Source of the DNA: Centroscyllium fabricii
Taxonomy: Eukaryota
Reading direction: 5' to 3'
Length of the DNA stretch: 64,000 nt
Assembly (NCBI GenBank): GCA_051313645.2
Contig: JBNRSN020000002.1
Coordinates: 270,072,001-270,136,000 of the forward strand
A program made the position numbers and the translations under genes. The stretch's first letter is position 1. Each line of letters opens with the position of its first letter. Below, one piece after another: positions 11,954 through 20,696 of this stretch. The notes under the pieces were generated by a model. It did not search any database, had not been told where the DNA came from, and saw nothing but the letters and a program-made list of their open reading frames with translations.

Positions 11954-14900
11954 TGTGATAAACCCGTTTATCATCGTATTGTATGTATATAGTTAATCTA
12001 CATGTATAGATGTAATCGTACCTAATACCTGTACCTGTATAGTGATACGATTACTGGGACATGCCCAGGTCGGCTCCGCCCACGACTCCTCCCTCCCTGG
12101 AGGGGGTATATAAGTGGCAGCCTCCCATCCCCCGGCCATACCTGGGGACAGTCGACTAGCTGGTGTATGTCCCACCTTGTAGTGAATAAAAGCCACATTG
12201 TTTCTCTATCTAACTACTTGTCCACGAGGTCGTTATTTCGGTCACAATTTTATTCACTACATTTTGAAGATGGATACCATGCTCAAGCCAGCGACGTTCG
12301 AATTGGATCCCTGAACACCAGGTGCATCGAATACCTTCACACACTGGCACAGTGTCTTCGAAGCATACCTAAAAGCGAACGCAGCGGTCGTGGTGACCGA
12401 AGAGGACAAACGACGGCTCCTCAACGCCCGGGTGGGCCCTCAGGTGTACTCCATGATCGTGGACGCCTCATCCTACTTGGATGCCATCAGGATCCTCAAA
12501 GCTGAGTACAACCGGGCACCCAATATCGTCCACGCTAGACATATCCTTGCCACCAGGAAGCAGCAACCCGGTGAGTCAAGTGTGGAATTTCTAAGAGCGC
12601 TGAGAGTACTTTCACGAGCCTGTGACTGCAGAGCGCAAACGGCCCCGGTCCATGTGGACAGTCTCATCAGAGATGCGTACGTAACAGGCCTCAGGTTGGA
12701 CTATGTAAGACAGAGGCTGCTAGAGCAGAACGGCCTTGACCTGCAGGCAACTGCGGACCTGGGAAACGCGCTGGATGTGGCCTCGCTAAATCTATCATCA
12801 TACTCCAGCAACTATACGGGCCCAGCCCCGCCATCTTGGATAGCGCCGGCGCAATGGCCGGCAGAAGAAATGATTGCAGCCGCTCACGCGAAGACGGCTA
12901 AATGCTACTTTTGTGGGCAGTCTCAGCACCCGAGACGTAACTGCTCGGCTAGAGAAGCGGCCTGCTCAAAATGTGGGAAGAAAGGACACTACGCTAAGGT
13001 CTGTAAAGCTACCACAAAACCGAAACCGGGCAGCGCCGCGTGTGGAACATGGGAGCAGCCATATTGGGCTCACCCATCCCCCACTCAGCACCCCTCGTGG
13101 CAGCAGTCGCCATATTGGACTCAGCCACCCCCTCTGCAGTACACCACATGGCGGCAGCAATCTTGGGGACCGGCCCCGGAGTACTACTCTTCGGATCAAG
13201 AAGAATCGGCTGACCCAATATTGGCATCAGTGACTCTCGATCAGGACAAGGCCCAATCGCTGGGAAAATCGATGATGCCGGTTGAAGTCAATGGTCAAGA
13301 AGTGGTGTGCCTTTTCGACAGTGGGAGCACGGTGAGTTTCATTAATCCTGATACAGTACAGCGCCTCTCCCTTAAAGTAATACCAGCGCGCCAAAGAATT
13401 TCGATGCCTTCTAAGTCAGAATCTGCGGACGTCTCCGGGCGTTGCGCAGTAGCACTAACTGTCCAGGGCGCGCTTTTCGACAATTTTAGTTTTTTCGTGC
13501 TGCCGCAGCTCTGCGCCCCATTATTCCTGGGCCTGGACTTCCAGTGCCACCTCCAGAGTGTTACCATGGCGTTCGGTGGGCCCCTTCCCTCGCTCACGAT
13601 CAGAAACCACAGCTCAGCGCAGCACCCCCGACACACTACCTGTGGCCTCTCGACCCTTAAGGTCGCCCCCCCCTCCCTCTTCGCCAACCTCACCCCAGAC
13701 TGCAAGCCCGTCGCCACCAAGAGTAGGCGCTACAGTGCTGGGGACATGGACTTTATTAAGTCCGAGGTGCAGCGCCTCCTCAAAGAAGGGGTCATCGAGG
13801 CCAGTAATAGACCCTGGAGGGCGCATGTAGTGGTGGTCAAAACCGGAGTGAAGAACCGGATGGTTGTGGACTACAGCCAGACCATAAACCGGTTCACCCA
13901 ATTAGATGCCTACCCCCTTCCCCGGATAGCGTGCATGGTGAACCAGATCGCACAGTTTAAGGTGTTCTCCACCATCGATCTCAAGTCCGCTTATCACCAG
14001 CTTCCCATCCGCCCAGAGGACCATCTCTATACAGCCTTCGAGGCTGACGGTCGCCTCTACCACTTCCTTAGGGTCCCGTTTGGCGTCACGAATGGGGTCT
14101 CGGTCTTCCAAAGGGAGATGGACCGAATGGTCGATCGGTACGGGCTGCGAGCCACTTTCCCGTACCTCGATAACGTGACCATCTGCGGCCACGATCAGCA
14201 GGACCATGACGCCAACCTCCAAAAATTTCTCCACACCGCCAAAACACTTAATTTGACTTATAACACCGAAAAGTGCGTGTTTAGTACCACCCGCCTGGCC
14301 ATCCATGGCAGTGTTGTGGAGAATGGGGTCATCGGTCCCGACCCCGGACCGCATGCGCCCCCTCATGGAGCTCCCCCTCCCCCACTCCCCCAAGGCCCTT
14401 AAACGGTGCTTGGGATTCTTTGCTTATTATGCCCAGTGGGTCCCCAATTACGCGGACAAAGCTCGCCCACTGCTTAAATCAACCTCTTTTCCCCTGTCCG
14501 CAGAAGCCAGCTCGGCGTTCTGCGGCATTAAGAACGATATTGCTAAAGCCACGATGCACGCTGTGGACGAGTCCGTCCCGTTCCAGGTCGAGAGCGATGC
14601 ATCGGACTTTGCCCTGGCCGCCACGCTTAACCAGGCGGGCAGACCCGTGGCCTTCTTCTCACGTACCCTCCAAGGCCCCGAGTCCCACCACTCCTCAGTC
14701 GAGAAGGAGGCCCAGGCCATCGTTGAAGCAGTGCGTCACCGGAAGCACTACCTGGCCGGCAAGCGTTTTACCCTGCCGACTGACCAACGATCAGTCGCTT
14801 TTATGTTCAACAACAAAGAGCGGGGTAAAATAAAGAATGACAAGATACTAAGGTGGAGAATTGAACTCTCTGCGTTCAATTATGATATCTTGTACCGGCC

Positions 14901-16592
14901 CGGGAAATTTAACGAACCCCCAGACGCCCTATCCCGCGGTACCTGTGCCAGCGCACAGGCTGACCACCTCCAAACCCTGCACAATGACCTCTGCCACCCG
15001 GGGGTCACCAGGTTGGTTCACTTTGTGAAGTCCCGCAACCTCCCCTACTCAATCGAAGAAGTCAAGACCCTGACCAGCAACTGCCAGGTCTGCGTGGAGT
15101 GCAAGCCGCACTTCTACCGGCCAGACCGGGCGCATTTGATTAAGGCCACTCGCCCCTTTGAACGACTCAGCGTCGATTTCAAAGGGCCCCTTCCCTCCTC
15201 CAACAGGAATGTGTACTTCCTCAACGTGATTGATGAGTACTCCCGCTTCCCCTTTGCCATCCCCTGCCTGAACATGACCTCCGCCACCGTCATCAAAGCC
15301 CTCAATAGCATCTTCTCCCTGTTCGGCCATCCCAACTACATTCATAGTGACCGGGGGGCGTCCATTATGAGTGACGAGCTGCGTCAGTTTCTGCTAGCCA
15401 AAGGCATCGCGACTAGCAGGACTACCAGCTACAACCCCCGGGGGAACGGACAGGTAGAGAGGGAGAACGCCACTGTCTGGAAGGCCATCCTGTTAGCCCT
15501 ACGGTCCAAAGGCCTCCCAGTCTCCCGATGGCAGGAAGCCCTCCCCGAAGCACTCCACTCTATCCGGTCCCTCCTGTGTCCTGCCACTAATGCCACCCCT
15601 CACAAAAGACTTTTTGCCTTCCCCAGGAAGTCGGCCACCGGGACCTCGCTACCATCATGGCTACTATCCCCGTGACCAGTCCTACTACGGAAGCACGTGA
15701 GGGGACACAAGGCAGATCCCCTGGTCGAACGGGTCCACCTCCTGCACGCCAATCCCCAGTACGCCTACGTGGCATACCCCGACGGGAGGGAGGACACCGT
15801 GTCCATAAAGGACCTGGCGCCAGCAGGAGTCCCTAAACCCTGCCCCGCCCAGTAGCCCAAGCACCCAAGAAGCCCCGCCCAGCAGCCTGCGCACCCAAAA
15901 CGCCCAGTCACGCCACCCCAGCCACCGGCGCCAAGGTACGCTCCCCGGCACGTGGACCCAGTACCCCAGTACGCCCACACGGCACCTGCGAGCAGCACGG
16001 CATGGCCCCCAGCTTGGCTCCACAGCGCATGCCCCCTAGAGTCAGAGGACGAAGGAGAGAGCGCGCCCCCTGCTGTCAGAACAAGGGCACCACCACCCAG
16101 AAACATACCAACGACCACCGCTCGCCAACCGGCACCGGCACCACCACAGCAACCGACTCGGCCAGCCACCCCGCGACTACGGACACCACCAGCGGTGCGA
16201 CGCTCGACAAGGATCACCAGACCGCCGGAGCGACTTAATTTATGAATTAAGAACCTTTCCTTTCACCCCGCCGGACTTTTGTTTTAAAGAAGGGGTGAAT
16301 GTGATAAACCCGTTTATCATCGTATTGTATGTATATAGTTAATCTACATGTATAGATGTAATCGTACCTAATACCTGTACCTGTATAGTGATACGATTAC
16401 TGGGACATGCCCAGGTTGGCTCCGCCCACGACTCCTCCCTCCCTGGAGTGGGTATATAAGTGGCAGCCTCCCATCCCCCGGCCATACCTGGGGACAGTCG
16501 ACTAGCTGGTGTATGTCCCACCTTGTAGTGAATAAAAGCCGCATTGTTTCTCTATCTAACTACTCGTCCACGAGGTCATTATTTCGGTCACA
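11954..16592 (+). mobile_element. Gypsy element B (self-complementary-PBS lineage), full length, nested in A in opposite orientation
   Basis: 293-bp LTRs at 11954-12246 and 16300-16592 (about 5 differences), 5-bp TSD ACGGT, PPT AAAGAAGGGGTGAA. Confidence 0.95.
12270..16245 (+). pseudogene. gag-pol: gag-pol of element B
   Basis: ATG at 12270, TGA at 12312 (CGA in element E), frameshift near 14345, stop at 15673. Zinc knuckles, LFDSGS, YLDN, ESDAS, integrase. Confidence 0.92.
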
Positions 16593-18569
16593 ACGGTTAT
16601 ACACAGTACTCCGTACCCTGAGTGTGACCACGCAAAGACCACCGACTTCCGCCGTTGCGGTGTTGGAAGCCATTAGGATCTGCTGGCGCGCGGGGAGTAC
16701 CATGAGGGAAAGCCTCCATATCGTGTCCGGATGTATAAAACTTTCGGTACTCCCCGAGTCAAAAAGGCAGTTAACCGCGTGGCCGTTTACCTCAATGTCC
16801 ATTGTTGATCGTGCCAGTTGGTGTGGCCGTGTCTGGTCCAGCGTGATCGAGGCGAGTTGTGGGAGCTGCAGGTCATCCCGTGGTCCACTCCCAGTAGTCA
16901 GGCGTGGCGGTGTCCATCGATCGCACGCGGCTGAGTAGGCCTCAAAATGGCCGTCCTGAGGGAGCAAACGCAGCGCTGATGCAAGATGGCTGCCTACGTG
17001 TTCGCCATGTGGAGGGGGGAAGGGTGTAAGATGACCGCCCGATCTAAAATGGCCGCCCCCACGTTCGACACGCGGGGGTGAGTGCTGGCTGCCCCAAAAT
17101 GGCCGCTCTGTGGGAGCACACGCGGCGCTGCTGGGAGGGGATGGTTTGCTCTTGCAGACCGCTGCATATTGTCCCTTCTTCTTGCAGCAGGAGCACAGCG
17201 CGTCTTTTGCAGTGCAGCGCTGCCTGGGGTGTTTCGCCTGCCCGCAGAAATAGCACTTCTGGGGTCGGGCTGCTGCTGTGGACGTGAGTGGGGGCGCTGC
17301 GGTGGTCGTCTCGCCCGCCCATGGGGTCAGCGCCCGCGTCCCTTGCTGGTCGTAGGCCTCTCCTTGCATGTGTGCCGCCTCCAGCAATTCCGCTAGCACT
17401 TCAGCCGCTGCCAGGCGTATGTTACTCTGCTCCAGCAGCCGTTGGCGCGTATAGGATCACCTGAGTCAGGACACCAGCGCATCCCTGAGGATTATGTCCT
17501 GGTGCTGGTTGGCCGTTAGCGGCCTACAATTGCAGGCGCGCACGAGCGTTCGCAACGCTGCCATATAGTTCGTTAAGGACTCACCAGGCTGTTGTTTTCT
17601 GTTTAGCAGTAGATGCCTGGTGTAGATCTCATTCGTTGGTGTAGTAAAACGAGCTTTTAAGATGTCCAGGGCGCTCCTGTAGGTCGTTTCGCCCTCGATC
17701 AAGCTGAAGATCTCAGGGCTGACCTGAGCCCACAGGACTTTGAGTTTCTGCTGGTCTGTGTCCACGGTCAGGCGGGATTCCTTGAGGAAGGCTTCAAAGC
17801 AGGAGACCCAGTGTGTGAAGGCCCGCTCAGCGCCTGCTGATCGCGGGACGAGGTCGAGTCTTTCGGGTCTCAGGAACTTTTCCATCCTCTTTTGTAAAAA
17901 AACTATGTTAATAAAATTGATGCGCAATCAATTACTACCAGTCGATGGTCAGATGTAATCGAGGCTTTTATTAACATAGAAGTGGACACAGGTCCGATGA
18001 TCTTCCAAGCCAAAGTGAGAGCACTCAGGAGTGCTGGCACTTTTATACCCAGTGGGCGGAGCCTGGGGAGGAAGCCGAGTAGCGGAGTCCTCCCAGGTGA
18101 GTCCTCCCTGGCAAGGAGGCGTTACAGTACAGTTACAGGGAGGGGACACAAGGGGGAGACATATATACAATATATACAGTGGTTTACCACACCCAGCCAA
18201 GAGAGCACACCGCAATTTGTGAAAAGTTTCAAAGAAGATGATACTTGAGGCAATAATCAGAATTTCTCAATGATTTTTGAAAGTTAATTAAAAGTTCTCA
18301 CAAAACTAAATGTCACTAAAACAATTGCCCTTTCTTTTTAACAAAAGGATTTTTGGAGGCCCCGTGTCATCGATGGGTCCTTGCAAGTAGCAGGTGGCTC
18401 ACTGGAAAATCATGGGATGAGCTGACAGCAATTTTCCATCCATTAACATTAATAGATGGAAAACTGCCTGTGGTGTGGGGTGTTGAAAGTCCCACCCTCA
18501 CTGTCCCAGCCCAGGTCATGTGTAATACAGGCAGTTTTACTAACTCTGCCCCAACAAGGTACCTTAAAC

Positions 18570-18755
18570 CAGTGGTTCTCAAACTTTTTTGGCTGAAGGA
18601 CCCTTTTTCAAAATCGATTAGTAATCATGGACCCCTCTCATCTAAATTATAATAATTATACAGTAATATGAAAGTGCGCACCCACCCCCCGTGTCATAAC
18701 AAGTCAACAGATCCCCTGTAACAACAGAAGTATTTTTTCTGCATAAAAATTAGTT
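18570..18755 (+). mobile_element. Partial hAT/Charlie-like MITE, target of element C
   Basis: Begins CAGTGGTTCTCAAACTTTTT, a typical hAT terminus; the opposite end was not found. Confidence 0.4.
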
Positions 18756-20696
18756 ATGCATGTGATGAACCTTTTGGTGTGGTTCACACTGTACGGTTAT
18801 TGTATCTAGTTTTGTTTAATGTGTTTGTTATATATCTGTTAATATTTGTACCTTTCTGTAAGGACCTGTACCGGCCGACCCCGCCTCTGGGTACTAGTAT
18901 AAAGGAGAATGCTCCGCCCACTTATCTCTCATTCCGGACAGGCTCATTGGGGACACGGTTCAGTTCCTTGTGAATAAAAGCCACTTATTTAAGAACTCGC
19001 TGCCGTCTTTGATTTGAGGCATCTCAATTTTATTCACAAAGATTTTTTAAATGAGCCAGCAGAATGAATATCTCCAGCCAGTCAACGCAGTCTATGCTCG
19101 CAATCTACTCGCCACGCGGTGGCAACAGCATGGTGAGTCGAATGAGGAGTACCTGGAGGCTCTTCAAGCTCTCGTTCTGCGCTGCGGATGCGCCCCTGTT
19201 AACGCCCAGGAGCACATGGACCTCCTCGTCCGTGATGCCTATGTGGCAGGCATCAGATCGGCCCCAGCCCGCACCTGCCTGCTCGAGCAGGATAATTTAT
19301 CCCTAAATGAGGCGGTGAAGCTTTCCAACGCGGTGGATGGGGCCCTCCGGAGCCTAGATTCATACACGGGGCGCGGCTCCCATACGGTTTCCCCTGGGCA
19401 TTGGGACTCGCGTTTGATGCCCTCGACGGCGACCGTGGCGGCCACGGTGCCATCTGGACAGCCAGCGCCTCCGAAATGCTTTTTTGCGGCCAGAAACGCC
19501 ATCCATGAAGCTCCTGCCCAGCGAAGGCATCTTCCTGCTCCAAATGTGGCAAGAAGGGCCATTTTGCGAAGGTCTGCCGATTGGCCCCGGAATCAGCACG
19601 GAAAACGGCAGCAGCCTGCGATGTCCACGCCACAGAATGGCCTCAGCTACCTAGCGCCCCCCAACAGTGGACCTCTGAACGATTGCCACCTACCTTGCCT
19701 CAGATGCGGCCTGCCAACGTCATTTCCCGCGCTCCGCCATCTTTGAGGGAATGGCAGCAGCGGCAGAGTCCCAGCACAGGGCGCCGCCATCTTTGATGCG
19801 GTCAACTCGCATCCTGGCAGCAGCGGCCCCGCCCCATCACATGACGCCGCTATCTTGGATGCGGGCAACTCGCCTACTGGCAGCAGCGGCCCCGCCCCAG
19901 CCCAGGGCACCGCCATATTTGTTTAAGGCAAGCTTCCCGACGCAGGCAGCAGCAGCAACAGGCAGCCCTGGAGAAACTTCAATGATCCTGGCAGCAGCAA
20001 CAGGCAACTCCAGGGCAATTCAGCATTCTGGTGCTTGTGCGCCACGAGCCCTTCGGTCCTCCCAACGGCTTTCTCAGCGAGCCACCCAGCGGTCCTCCGA
20101 ATGGCCCGAAACGCCACCGCGGCCCGCTGCGTGCGAATCACGGGCACCGCCATCGCTCGCGGACCCCGGGCACCGCCATCGCTCGCGGACCCTGCATTGC
20201 ACAAGGGCCCCAGCGCGCACACCACACTTGCCTCTACGGCCCTCAACCAGTCTCTCATGTCATCAATGATGCCCATCCGGGTAGAGGGGCACTTCACCCA
20301 ATGTCTGTTCGACACTGGGAGTATAGAGAGCTTAATACACCCTGATACGGTGCGCCATTATTCCCTCAGGGTTAGGCCCATGTGGTATCCCTTGTATATA
20401 ATGTTTACCACTGTTATTATTCTACCAATAATGGGCTGTGCAGATGTAAGGCACAGCCCTGTATACTGTGTAATACTGTTGGGAGCCAGGTCAGCCACAC
20501 CTCTAACTCCTCCCCCAGGTGAGGCCCATTTATAGGTGAAAACTGACCGAGGCTCCTCATTCCTGTACAGAACTTCGTTCCGGAGGGTAGCTCCGTTCTT
20601 TAGCAATTAAAAGCCTTTAGTTTCGGTAACTACTCGTCGACTCTTTTAATCTGAGGTATTGACGATATGTCAATTTTAATCGCTAAATATTTTAAA

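Larger units (their letters stand above)
9304..17885 (-). pseudogene. gag-pol: gag-pol of element A, with stops/frameshifts, split by element B in the protease
   Basis: ORF pieces 17466-17927 (gag), 16560-17399 (two zinc knuckles, LFDSGS protease), 11721-11939 and 9304-11532 (RT YLNN, RNase H, integrase). Confidence 0.9.
8976..18191 (-). mobile_element. Gypsy element A (self-complementary-PBS lineage), full length, host of nested element B
   Basis: 274-bp LTRs at 17918-18191 (5') and 8976-9249 (3'), about 9 differences. 5-bp TSD CCCAG. PPT AAAGAGGGGGTGAA. gag-PR-RT-RH-IN on the minus strand. Confidence 0.95.

Noticed and set aside
15780-16245. env-like or chromodomain extension after integrase
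   Set aside because: Only a Pro/Thr-rich tail ending in RRS.R..RPP.RL is present in all copies; no signal peptide, transmembrane segment or chromodomain.
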